Assembly (NCBI GenBank): GCA_963674735.2
Contig: CAXXQS010000002.1
Span: 1,984,001 to 2,048,000 of the forward strand
Direction: 5' to 3'
Origin: Myxococcota bacterium
GTDB taxonomy: Bacteria > Myxococcota_A > SURF-8
DNA length: 64,000 nucleotides
The notes below the pieces were generated by a model. The model was not told the DNA's origin and searched no databases. It saw nothing but the letters and a program-made list of their open reading frames with translations. The position numbers and the translations under genes were made by a program. Positions 9,380 to 18,749 of the stretch are shown here, piece by piece; the stretch's first letter is position 1, and the number at the start of each line of letters is the position of its first letter.

Positions 9380-12300
9380 CGCGGCCACCTCCCATCCAGA
9401 TCGTCCGGTCGGATTGGGGGGCCACCCGGATCGAGCCAGGCCGGATCGAAGGGGAAGATCGGGTTTTTCGATACCATGATGTTTCCGTATCCACTGGCAT
9501 CGATGTTCAGGTTGAGCTGTTTGTCTTGTGCTTTGAAGCTTTCCAGGTGCAGCCCTAAAAGATCGTTTCCGGGATGTTGGAAGCAGATGCCGTGAATAAA
9601 GCCGCGCTCAAAAAGATGGTGCAGGACTTCGGCCATTTTTTTTCCCAGACGAATGTGATACTCAAACAGGATATAGTCGATGCGCGGGTACCAATCGTCA
9701 CGAAGTCCCTCCAGCACCTTCAGCTCGTGACCCTCAACGTCGATTTTAAGCAACGATACCTGCTGAATTCCTTTCCTGTCGAGCAGATCGTCCAGACGAC
9801 GTAAACGCACCGACTGGCTGCCGTGGTTGTCCGAGTAGCGAAATTTAAGGACATTCCGGGTGTCGGAATCCAGGGTGTTGAAGCCGCGTTCGTTGCCGAT
9901 GCATAACGAGCCTTTTCCGTTTTGGTCTGAGCAGGCGCAATGGACATAGGCCGCTCGTTCGCCGAATGCGGCGGTTTTTTGCTTGAGCGTGGGGATCAAG
10001 GTTTCATCGGGTTCAATGGACAAGACCCGGTGGCCCCAATCAAGAAAGGCGTGGCTGACGTCCCCCAGATTGGCTCCGACATCCACCACCCAGGCGTCGG
10101 ATTTCTTGTTGCGGATCACATAGCCTGCGATAGCCATCTCCTTTTCGGAGAAATCGGCGGGTAAGGGGGGATACATTTCGATGTAGCGGGAATATTTTTG
10201 AAGCTCACTGGAAAGTCCGGCGACTTCGTGAGCATGTAAGGCGAGATCCAGGTGTCGCGGTTCGATATCCGCCGACGTCATCAGACGTCCGGCGGCTGCG
10301 GCAGCCGAAGTGAAGTCATCGACCTGCAGGCGCGCGAGCCCCAATCGCCATAAAGACTCGAAATCGCGCGGGTCTTCCTTGAACAGCATATCGAAAAAAC
10401 CCGATGCGTCGGCAAAGCGTTGAAGGTTCATGAGCGCCATTCCGACCGTGAAACGTAGAGCGGAATCTTGCGGAATGATCCCCATGGCGATGTTTAGCGC
10501 TTGCATGGCTTCGAGCGGTTTGTTCAGGTTGAGGTTGGCGATACCGACCAGCATGGCAGCCGTGCCTTCCAGACCGGCCGGGGGAGCGCTTGATGCTTCG
10601 CTCAACAAAGCCTGCCAATCCGATTCGGCAAGGAAGCGCTGCATGCGGTCGATCCAGGGAAAATGCAAGCGCGGGTCGGTCAATGCGTCGGCGATCGGCG
10701 CGAGAAGTGTGTAGGGAAGATGATTGATGTCGGCGATGTCGCCGGAGGCACATTGTTCGGCTACATACCAGCGTAAAAGACGGGGTGCGTCTTGCATCTT
10801 GTTTTTGACGGCATTGATGTCCGGCTTCTTACCAGATAATAGCGATAATTCCAATTCAAGGGCCGTCGATTCGATTTTCGCTTTAAATCCCGGGCTTGTC
10901 AGGATTTTGTCCCCGATTGCAGGGGGTTCCGCCCCATCCAACCAAGCGGCCAACCAAGCACCGGCGTGTTTGCCGAATGCATCTTGCCGCAGCCAGCAGG
11001 CAAAAGGTGGAGGATCGTCCGAGGCGTACTTGTTCGGAATGAGATTCAAGGCGGCAAATGGGATGTTCTGCGCATCCGGCGTATTAAGCGCCATCGCGAG
11101 CGCATCGAATGCATTGGGTTCGAGGATCAAACCTTCGCGTATGGAACCGATCCAGACAGTGCGGCTTTCGTCTTTAGTATGAACCAGGTATTCCTCAAGT
11201 TCGAGGCGGTTTCGAAAACCCCGCAGGGTGAGGCCGGTTTCAGGATCGGTATAGCGTGTGTCGATGGGAAAGGGAAACAGTACCTCGATGGGTTCATCCT
11301 TTCCGGCGTCGGTCAAGGCACGAATCGCGGGGGCGGCCAGAACCGCCTGAAGCGATTGAATGGTTGGGGAATAGACGATTCGCCAGGCGATGGGTGGATC
11401 TTCTTCATTGACCCGTTGCTCGTTTTGTGTCGGTCCGAGTCCGAGTGCGACATAGCGAAAATTCGCCGGAGGATCGTTTTTAAACCAACGCCAGCTATCC
11501 ACCAGAAGGCGCGGGGCGGCCATGCAATCGGCCAGACGCGGCCAGTCCAGTTCGATGAACTGCGGCCAGCTTGTCAGCAGGATCAGCGCCGATGCTCCTT
11601 CCGCCGCGGTATAGGGATCGGATTCATAGCGGACCTGCTTACCCAGTTCATTTTCGGCGGCCTTCAACGCCTTGGGATCGTGCAGCACGACTTCGTAGCC
11701 CGCATCGGCCAGGCGCACGGCCAATTGCAAAGATTGGGACGCTTCCACGATGTGAGTGGACGGTTTGTAAGATAAACCGAACAGAGCCACGCGGCTTCCG
11801 GCCGGGAGGGTTTGCGTGACCGATTCTTCGAGTCGAGCGACGACGCGCTGGTTGATCGCGACGACATGGGGCGCCAGATTGGCCTGCATACCCAGGTTTT
11901 CGACAAAACGCTGAAAGGCGATATTGTCACGAGGGAAACAGGGACCGCCGAACCCCAGACCGCCCTTGATGTATTTCGATCCTACCCGTGTGTCGGCGCC
12001 GATGGCTTCCGAAACGGCATCCACGTCCGCACCGGGTACCTTTTCACAGATGGCCGCCAGTTCGTTGGCGAAGCTGATTTTGGTGGTGACGTAGCAGTTG
12101 AGGCTCAGTTTGGTGATTTCGGCGTTGACCAGCGACATGATGGCGTAGTGCGGCTTGTTTTTCACCATGCGTGCATACAGGCTACGCAGTGCGTTGCCGG
12201 TTTGGGAGTCCGAACCGCCGATCAGCACCATATCGGGGTTGAAAAAATTATGGACGACCGAGCCGAGGGCAATGAATTCCGGATTGTAGGCCAACCCGAA

Positions 12301-12741
12301 ATCGATGCCGCAGCGTTTACCCGACAATTCTTCCAGAAGCGGTTTGAATGAACCGTCGCAACTGCCGGGCATGACGGTTGAAACGACATCGACGATATGG
12401 AAACGATCCTTTTCGGCTAAAAGCGGTCCGATGGCGCGCAGCACGGTTTCCACCATGGCATTGGTGAATGCACCCGAATCGGTCGAGGGGGTGGGGACGA
12501 TGATCAGTGTCGCCTCGCTGTTGGCAATGGCATCGCCGAGATCGTCGGTTACGCGCAGGTGATCCCAGGCTTGTTCCAGCAGGTCGGTCAATCCGGTTTC
12601 GTCGATCGGGTTCTCACGGCGGGACAGTGCTTCGAGAATGGCGGGGTTACTATCGACTCCGATTACCTTGACCCCGGCGGAGGCAAAGCAGGCCGCCGTG
12701 CAGAGCCCCAGTTTTCCGAGCCCGATTACCGAAATATCCAT
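9376..12741 (-). CDS. Fusion: UDP-glucose/GDP-mannose dehydrogenase + TPR + FkbM-family methyltransferase
   Basis: GLGKLG, YNPEF, GGPCFPRD (catalytic Cys) and GLSYKP; TPR-like helices around aa 715-840; DVGANLG and LKIDVEGHE FkbM motifs. One uninterrupted 1121-aa ORF. Confidence 0.88.
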   Translation of the reverse strand: MDISVIGLGKLGLCTAACFASAGVKVIGVDSNPAILEALSRRENPIDETGLTDLLEQAWDHLRVTDDLGDAIANSEATLIIVPTPSTDSGAFTNAMVETVLRAIGPLLAEKDRFHIVDVVSTVMPGSCDGSFKPLLEELSGKRCGIDFGLAYNPEFIALGSVVHNFFNPDMVLIGGSDSQTGNALRSLYARMVKNKPHYAIMSLVNAEITKLSLNCYVTTKISFANELAAICEKVPGADVDAVSEAIGADTRVGSKYIKGGLGFGGPCFPRDNIAFQRFVENLGMQANLAPHVVAINQRVVARLEESVTQTLPAGSRVALFGLSYKPSTHIVEASQSLQLAVRLADAGYEVVLHDPKALKAAENELGKQVRYESDPYTAAEGASALILLTSWPQFIELDWPRLADCMAAPRLLVDSWRWFKNDPPANFRYVALGLGPTQNEQRVNEEDPPIAWRIVYSPTIQSLQAVLAAPAIRALTDAGKDEPIEVLFPFPIDTRYTDPETGLTLRGFRNRLELEEYLVHTKDESRTVWIGSIREGLILEPNAFDALAMALNTPDAQNIPFAALNLIPNKYASDDPPPFACWLRQDAFGKHAGAWLAAWLDGAEPPAIGDKILTSPGFKAKIESTALELELSLLSGKKPDINAVKNKMQDAPRLLRWYVAEQCASGDIADINHLPYTLLAPIADALTDPRLHFPWIDRMQRFLAESDWQALLSEASSAPPAGLEGTAAMLVGIANLNLNKPLEAMQALNIAMGIIPQDSALRFTVGMALMNLQRFADASGFFDMLFKEDPRDFESLWRLGLARLQVDDFTSAAAAAGRLMTSADIEPRHLDLALHAHEVAGLSSELQKYSRYIEMYPPLPADFSEKEMAIAGYVIRNKKSDAWVVDVGANLGDVSHAFLDWGHRVLSIEPDETLIPTLKQKTAAFGERAAYVHCACSDQNGKGSLCIGNERGFNTLDSDTRNVLKFRYSDNHGSQSVRLRRLDDLLDRKGIQQVSLLKIDVEGHELKVLEGLRDDWYPRIDYILFEYHIRLGKKMAEVLHHLFERGFIHGICFQHPGNDLLGLHLESFKAQDKQLNLNIDASGYGNIMVSKNPIFPFDPAWLDPGGPPIRPDDLDGRWPR

Positions 12742-12773
12742 GGTGCGGGATCCCCTTCCTGAACCGAATATCG

Positions 12774-13985
12774 CTATATGAATTTATAGGTCATACTGTC
12801 GTTCAGGATGACCTGCTCGTAGATTTCATTATGGGGTTGATAGGTGCAGCGTGGACATTCCGCGCAGACATTCACCGAATCGAGGACGTTCCAGTGAGCC
12901 TCGTTCCCCCAGACCTGGTTGATTTTGGCCGGATCGGTGCACTGTCTCAGAAGTTCCAGCTTGGGATCGCCGCGCCGATCGCAACACAAGCCGAGATTGA
13001 AGGCATCCTCCGGGGCGGATGGGTCCATGGGCGCCATGACGACGGCCGTCATGAACACCGCATAGCAACGATCGAAGTAGTTGGCGCGGGTGAACTGCGA
13101 GTTGAATTTATGGGTGACGCCGAAAACACCGAAGTTCTCATCGCTGTATTCGACGGCCTCGGCGATCTGTTCACGAAACAACTCAATCTGCTCAGGGGAG
13201 AAACTGATTTCCTGCTCGCCGCCGATTTTATCCCAGGTTGTGGATGCCGGACGGAAGTGGATGTTTTTGCAGCCGATTTCCTTCGCCAGCTTGGTAGCTT
13301 GGACGATCTCGCCGATGTTATCTTTGTAGAGCAGGTATTTGAAGCTGACGCCGTAGGCCGGGTGCGGCATTCCCAACCGCGTGTTGTGGCGGCGGGCGTA
13401 ATCGGCCAGAAGCTCGATGTTGGTGATGACGGTATCGAAGATGTTTTGTTCGGGTCGCGTGCCCTTGTAGGCGTCGAAGGTTTTGGCCGTTCCCGCATCG
13501 ACCGACACGCCCACCCACGTGCACTGGGACAACGCATCGACATTTTTGTGAATCAGGCTGCCGTTGGTGACGAGTCCGATTTCGATATCCTTGCGCGACA
13601 GGCGGTCGATGAAACTGGAGGTGGCCGGGTTGAGTAAGGGCTCTCCACCACCTGCGACACACACGGCCTTTACACCCGGTTCCACATCGGGGACGTTCGG
13701 CCCCCAACTCGGCAGGAAGTCGGCCAAAGCCAGCAGTGTTTTTTTCGAGATCGAGTCGCGCGGTTTTTTTCGCACGAATTCGGCGTTGCACCATTCGCAG
13801 TCGAAGTTGCAGCGGTTGGTGGGGTCTACCGTGATCAGGATGGGCGCGGGGATCGGTCGGCCACGCTTGATGTGGCTCCAACGGTGGACGTGGGCCAGAA
13901 GCTTGTAGCTGTTGAATGGATTCCAGCGCTTGCTGGGATGCCATTCCAAAGAAGGCTTACTCGCGACCTTTTCGTTATCGGCCAT
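12774..13985 (-). CDS. Radical SAM protein with C-terminal twitch-like Cys cluster
   Basis: CNFDCEWC, GGGEPLL, VTNGS; C-terminal CYA...CCDRRG...CAECPRC. Confidence 0.9.
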   Translation of the reverse strand: MADNEKVASKPSLEWHPSKRWNPFNSYKLLAHVHRWSHIKRGRPIPAPILITVDPTNRCNFDCEWCNAEFVRKKPRDSISKKTLLALADFLPSWGPNVPDVEPGVKAVCVAGGGEPLLNPATSSFIDRLSRKDIEIGLVTNGSLIHKNVDALSQCTWVGVSVDAGTAKTFDAYKGTRPEQNIFDTVITNIELLADYARRHNTRLGMPHPAYGVSFKYLLYKDNIGEIVQATKLAKEIGCKNIHFRPASTTWDKIGGEQEISFSPEQIELFREQIAEAVEYSDENFGVFGVTHKFNSQFTRANYFDRCYAVFMTAVVMAPMDPSAPEDAFNLGLCCDRRGDPKLELLRQCTDPAKINQVWGNEAHWNVLDSVNVCAECPRCTYQPHNEIYEQVILNDSMTYKFI

Positions 13986-14036
13986 GTCAGAATCCTGTCA
14001 TCCGCTGTTGCTAAAACCTCTACTCCCGTATTGTGT

Positions 14037-14053
14037 AGCAAATCCCATGCCGA
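14037..14053 (-). promoter_or_regulatory. Sigma-54 (-24/-12) promoter of the glycan-modification operon
   Basis: Minus strand TCGGCATGGGATTTGCT: GG-N10-GC with GGCAT-N5-TTGC, about 50 bp upstream of the first ATG, with an AT-rich region further upstream. Confidence 0.65.
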
Positions 14054-14254
14054 GTGGGTGCCATTCGAACAATCATACTCGATTACTGGCGATAGATTTA
14101 AATAGAGTCTGGAATAACAGCTAGATAGACGTTCATACTTCGCGGAAAATTCTCGCTTTCATCTCTTCAGGAAAAGCAACGTTCTGAAACTGGCGATAAA
14201 TAGCGAAAAAACCATCGTTTTTTTGACAATTCGATGTTGGGTCTTCGATACCGC

Positions 14255-15250
14255 TTATGTCTTACGGGCGGCGATGAAAGCAGGGTCGAAAATCGGGCTA
14301 TCCACACCGGAAATGATCTCGACTCCTGCATTATGGGCACAACTTGTCCAATCCATCGTCATGCGAGAACGGGTGGTGACAAACGACTCCATATTGCGGA
14401 TCAGGTCGATGGTGGAAACGGGTGGTTCAGTGGTGACGACCACATCGGCATACTCAGGTGTATCCGGCATGGCCGATTGCAAGCGGGCAAGATTTTGAGG
14501 TAGTTGTTCATCGTTGGGAAGATTGAGCACGAGTGAAACGTCGTCTTTTTCGTCAAATACGTCTAAGTAGGCTTGGACCACTTTCGGCCACACCGGATAC
14601 GGGTCTTCGAAATCGGGCATCAGCAACACGGTATGGCGACGGCGGTCCAGCGTGACGGGTTCCGCTGCGGGCGGAGGTTCGTAGAAGCGTTCGAGAAAGG
14701 CATCTATATCATCGGCAAACAGCGATTTGTTGGCTTCTAGCTTGTCGTTTTCCCAATTCCACCAGCGCATGGCGAGCAGTTTTTCGATTTGCTCATCCGT
14801 GAAGCGTTTTCGCACCAGGGTCATGGGATTCCCCACCGCGATCGTGTAGGGCGGAACGTCTTTCGAGACGACGGTCCTGGCCCCGATGACGGCGCCGTTG
14901 CCGATACGGCGTCCAGCCATCAGGACTGCACCGTTGCCGATCCAGACATCGTGGCCGATTAGGATTTGACCTCGCCGTTTCATTTCGGGACGTACAGGCA
15001 GGTAGGGCGAGGTGCTGACGGCTTGATGATCGTAGTCGCGGTTGATCAGAGCGGTTACTTGGTGACCGATCGAGCAGTAGTTGCCGATCTGCAGGTTGAT
15101 GATTTCGTCTTCCTTGTTCATATGCACCAGCAGCTCGTTCGAGTAACTGAATTTTCCAAACGCACCGATCGTGAAATCCGGTTTGCTGCCGTTCGTGATG
15201 GACAGCGCGCGCGTTTCAGGCGCATAGGTAAGCGTAATCGGGAAAATCAT
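14255..15250 (-). CDS. CatB/Vat-like hexapeptide O-acetyltransferase with extra C-terminal GT-like domain
   Basis: IGNYCSIG, IGHDVWIGNGA, IGNGAVIGARTVVSKDVPPY...GNP, WWNW. GGAGG precedes ATG 15250 (ORF-track start is 15319). Confidence 0.85.
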   Translation of the reverse strand: MIFPITLTYAPETRALSITNGSKPDFTIGAFGKFSYSNELLVHMNKEDEIINLQIGNYCSIGHQVTALINRDYDHQAVSTSPYLPVRPEMKRRGQILIGHDVWIGNGAVLMAGRRIGNGAVIGARTVVSKDVPPYTIAVGNPMTLVRKRFTDEQIEKLLAMRWWNWENDKLEANKSLFADDIDAFLERFYEPPPAAEPVTLDRRRHTVLLMPDFEDPYPVWPKVVQAYLDVFDEKDDVSLVLNLPNDEQLPQNLARLQSAMPDTPEYADVVVTTEPPVSTIDLIRNMESFVTTRSRMTMDWTSCAHNAGVEIISGVDSPIFDPAFIAARKT

Positions 15251-15437
15251 CAGGCCTCCATAGCGTTGAGCACGATGCGAAATCATACCGTATTTATCTT
15301 CAAAGCTCCAGATTTTCACGTGGTTTGTCTTCTTTGAAAGGTATCGGCTTGGCGCTCCGTCTCTGTTGGAGTATGATGCTCCGTACGACTGAATCAGCGA
15401 TCGTGACGTCCTTGGACGCGAGGGTAAGGGAGGTTCT

Positions 15438-16772
15438 GTGGCCGATAAACCAACACTTCAAAAGGCCGAGGCATGTTTTGAAGCCGGTGATTTCGCGGGC
15501 GCGCGCACGATCTTAAAGACGCTTTTAGCCGATGATCCGAATCAGGCAGAGCTGCTGAATGCTTTGGGGGCGGTGGAGGCGCAGGCCGGGAACCTGGAGG
15601 CTGCGGTCGCTTGGCTTGAGCGGTCTTTCAAACTCGATCCGACCGACCGTGATGCCGGTCTCAACTTGGCCGCTGTCCTTCGCGAACTGGGGCGTCCCGG
15701 TGCGGTTCTCGACGTGCTCGATTCCCTGGCGACGGTTCATTCCGACGATCCCGATCTTATCGCCATGCGGGATGTCTGTGCCCGGGAGACCGACGTCTCC
15801 TCCAATGTCTCCCACTTGGCGGCGCGTCCCAAGATGGCCTTGCTTTGCATACGCGGCATGGAGAATTTCATCGGCGATATTGCCGAGCATTTCGGTCAGT
15901 ACTATGAATGTCGCCAGGTTGTGAGCCTCAATCAGCGCGACTTTGCTGAGGCAGCGGCCTGGGCTGACATCGTTTGGATCGAGTGGGCCAATCAACTGGC
16001 TATCGACTTAACCAAGCATCCGACCCTGTTAGATGGAAAAACGGTCGTTTGTCGTCTTCACAGCTACGAAGCCTATGCGGGGTTTGTGCCGCAGATCGAC
16101 TGGTCTAAAATCGACACGTTGATTGTGGTGGCTGCCCACATCCGCGAACATGTGATGGCGCAAGTTCCCGATATTATGAAAAAGGTAAATGAAATCACCG
16201 TGATTCCATCGGGGATCGATCTCGACCGTTTTCCTTTTCGCAAACGAAGTGCGGGGCCGCATGTGGCCTATCTGGGCAGTATCAATTACAAAAAAGGGCC
16301 GATGCTGCTATTTCATGCCTTCCATGCCCTCACAAGCGCTCACCCGGAGTTCCGTCTGTCTATCGGTGGAGACATCCAGGATGCCCGTTATCACTATTAC
16401 TTCGAACAGCTCAGCCACGAAACCGGGATCGCCGATCGCATTCACTTTGATGGCCACATTGCCGATGTGCCGGGCTGGTTGGAAGACAAAGACCTGATTG
16501 TGTGTAGTTCTGTGCTGGAGAGCCAGTATCTGGCTATCATGGAAGCGATGGCATGCGGAATCAAACCGGCGATTCACAACTTTGTGGGAGCCTCGGGTAT
16601 CTACCCCCGCGAGTACCTGTGGAACACCATCCCCGAATTTGTCGGCATGGCGACCAACCAAGAGTATAAGTCGTTGGAATATCGCGAGTTTATACAAAAC
16701 AATTACGAAATGAAAAAGCAGTTGGAGGCTCTGTCCACTCTCGTTGAGAGGCGTTTGGGAATTGGCCGCTAG
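15438..16772 (+). CDS. TPR-containing glycosyltransferase (GT4-like)
   Basis: N-terminal TPRs; WIEWA..CRLHSYEAY; KKGP; SSVLESQYLAIMEAMACG (E-x7-E). Confidence 0.85.
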   Translation: MADKPTLQKAEACFEAGDFAGARTILKTLLADDPNQAELLNALGAVEAQAGNLEAAVAWLERSFKLDPTDRDAGLNLAAVLRELGRPGAVLDVLDSLATVHSDDPDLIAMRDVCARETDVSSNVSHLAARPKMALLCIRGMENFIGDIAEHFGQYYECRQVVSLNQRDFAEAAAWADIVWIEWANQLAIDLTKHPTLLDGKTVVCRLHSYEAYAGFVPQIDWSKIDTLIVVAAHIREHVMAQVPDIMKKVNEITVIPSGIDLDRFPFRKRSAGPHVAYLGSINYKKGPMLLFHAFHALTSAHPEFRLSIGGDIQDARYHYYFEQLSHETGIADRIHFDGHIADVPGWLEDKDLIVCSSVLESQYLAIMEAMACGIKPAIHNFVGASGIYPREYLWNTIPEFVGMATNQEYKSLEYREFIQNNYEMKKQLEALSTLVERRLGIGR

Positions 16773-17004
16773 AGATTGCTCGTGTCTGGGGCATTGCTTT
16801 TTTACTGGCATGTAAGTATAATAATGAAAAACACAGGATTTGGGGTTACAAAAAGCTTGCATTGGTCGATCATTAATGGTAGGTAAATAGGTCAAGAGGT
16901 AATGAGGTATACCGGATTTTGGGAATAACGGCGATTCATGTTCCCTCTTACCTTGCAGGACGCCATTTTTCAATTGAAGTTGTACAGCTTGAATAGGTGA
17001 AATC

Positions 17005-17220
17005 ATGGGTATGATTTCCAGCATTGCCGCTTCAACCACAGCCAACACACGGTCCATCACCGCGCAGAAGAGCGAGATCGCCCTAGTCAAGAAAGCCCTG
17101 GATGCACAGAAGGCGAAAGGCAAGGCCGTTATCTCGTTGATCGAACAAAGCCGACTGCCGCCGGATCGCTTGGATCTGAGCGGGTCCGCCCCCGGTAGCC
17201 GTCTGAATGTTTATGCCTGA
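17005..17220 (+). CDS. YjfB-family putative motility protein
   Basis: 71 aa with IALVKKALDAQ...LI and C-terminal GSRLNVYA, matching the YjfB pattern; AGGTG RBS. Confidence 0.7.
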   Translation: MGMISSIAASTTANTRSITAQKSEIALVKKALDAQKAKGKAVISLIEQSRLPPDRLDLSGSAPGSRLNVYA

Positions 17221-17385
17221 GCGGTATGGTCGCTGATCTTCTCTTTCAAACGAACGCTCGCTTTCTCATCCGATCCATCATTCCCTAAATAGCTTCAACC
17301 TATTGTAAATTCAGCCATATTAAAACGGAATCGCTTGAATTGGCTCATGAACGCACTCGTGCAGACTGCGCCTGTCGAGTCCGGC

Positions 17386-17414
17386 TTGCGTTGGAGAGAC
17401 GAATGACGTATACT
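17386..17414 (+). promoter_or_regulatory. Sigma-70-type promoter
   Basis: TTGCGT-N17-TATACT upstream of the AAGGAGG RBS. Confidence 0.5.
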
Positions 17415-17441
17415 CAGTAGACTAAAAAGGAGGCCTGATCC

Positions 17442-18623
17442 ATGGGGAATCCACGTCATCCGATCCGTCTGCGCTCGACCGAGACGTTCGCCATCGTCTT
17501 TTTATTCGTCCTCATCTTTTTCGGCTTCAGCCTTCCCGCCGTCGCTCAGGAGCCGGTACGCTACGACCGCCTGACCATCTGCATTTCGCGCGATCAGCCG
17601 AGCTTGACGGTGAAAGGTGTTTCCCTGCATTTTTTCGACGATGATCTGGGGGAACTGAAATATCAGGTTGAAGGAGTGCATGAACACAGTGTCAGCACGT
17701 CCGATGAGAACGGATTTCTGGTGGATGGAAAGCCGATTTCCGCCCAGCAACTGCGCATTCGCGCCACCCAGAACTGGATCGACGTCAAGGGCCGCGTGTT
17801 CCGCGAGGACATGCTGATTGTACGTGAACCCGAAAACCCGCGGAAGCTGGCGCTGGTGAACGAAGTCAACCTGGAGGGGTATCTGTACGGTCTGATCAAC
17901 AAGGAAAGCATCCCGAGTTGGCCGCTTGAAGCCAAGAAGGCTCAGGCGGTGGCCGCGCGTTCGTATGCCGTCTACAAGAAAATCAACCATCCCCAGGAAG
18001 TCTGCGATCTGGCCTCTACCGCCATCGATCAGATGTATGGCGGCTATAGCGCCGAGGATGACGAGGCCCGCAAGGCGGTGGACGACACGCGAGGCGAGGT
18101 GATGGTGTACAACAATCGGCTGGTGAAGGCCTTTTATCACTCCACTTGCGGGGGGCAAACGGCGAGTTCGGAAGAAGTGTGGAACGAGCCCTATCCCTAT
18201 TCGGCTCCGCAGATGTGTTTGTATTGCAAGGATTCTCCTTCCTACAGTTGGACTTTCGGCCTTTCTCGCCAAGCGTTGGCCAAGGCCTTGGACGTTCCCA
18301 AGGCGTACTGGAAAAGTTTCTTAATCGACATTCCCGTTCGCGATACATCACGGCGGGTGAAGACGGTTCGTTTGCGTTACGGCAAGAAGACGGTCACCAT
18401 GAGTGGGGATGATTTCCGCGCCAAGCTCGGCTACAACAAGTTGAAAAGCACTCAGTTCACTTTCCGCATCGCCGCCGGTAAAGCGACCTTTAGCGGTCGC
18501 GGTTTGGGCCATGGCGTCGGCATGTGTCAGTGGGGCGCGGCGGGTATGGCCAAACAGGGGTCGAATTACGAGCAGATTCTCTCTCACTACTATGTTGGAA
18601 CTCAGATCCGGCGGCTTTACTGA
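17442..18623 (+). CDS. SpoIID/LytB domain lytic transglycosylase
   Basis: LEGYLYG..KE..SWPLEAKKAQAVAARSYA, YHSTCGG, GHGVGMCQWGA, ILSHYY. Confidence 0.92.
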   Translation: MGNPRHPIRLRSTETFAIVFLFVLIFFGFSLPAVAQEPVRYDRLTICISRDQPSLTVKGVSLHFFDDDLGELKYQVEGVHEHSVSTSDENGFLVDGKPISAQQLRIRATQNWIDVKGRVFREDMLIVREPENPRKLALVNEVNLEGYLYGLINKESIPSWPLEAKKAQAVAARSYAVYKKINHPQEVCDLASTAIDQMYGGYSAEDDEARKAVDDTRGEVMVYNNRLVKAFYHSTCGGQTASSEEVWNEPYPYSAPQMCLYCKDSPSYSWTFGLSRQALAKALDVPKAYWKSFLIDIPVRDTSRRVKTVRLRYGKKTVTMSGDDFRAKLGYNKLKSTQFTFRIAAGKATFSGRGLGHGVGMCQWGAAGMAKQGSNYEQILSHYYVGTQIRRLY

Positions 18624-18749
18624 GGCAAGCTGTACTGAGCCAGGTTTCAAACCCTCGCTTTCCCTTCTCAATCCCTTTTTCTCGTGCTAGGCTATAACGC
18701 GACCCGGTCGACCCGGGCCGTTTCGCTGATATCAACCTAAAGGAGCGTT

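Noticed and set aside
15340-15370. Sigma-28 promoter (GCCGATAC) for the acetyltransferase
   Set aside because: Only the -10 element matches; there is no TAAA-like -35 at the right spacing. No convincing sigma-28 site was found before the YjfB-like gene either.
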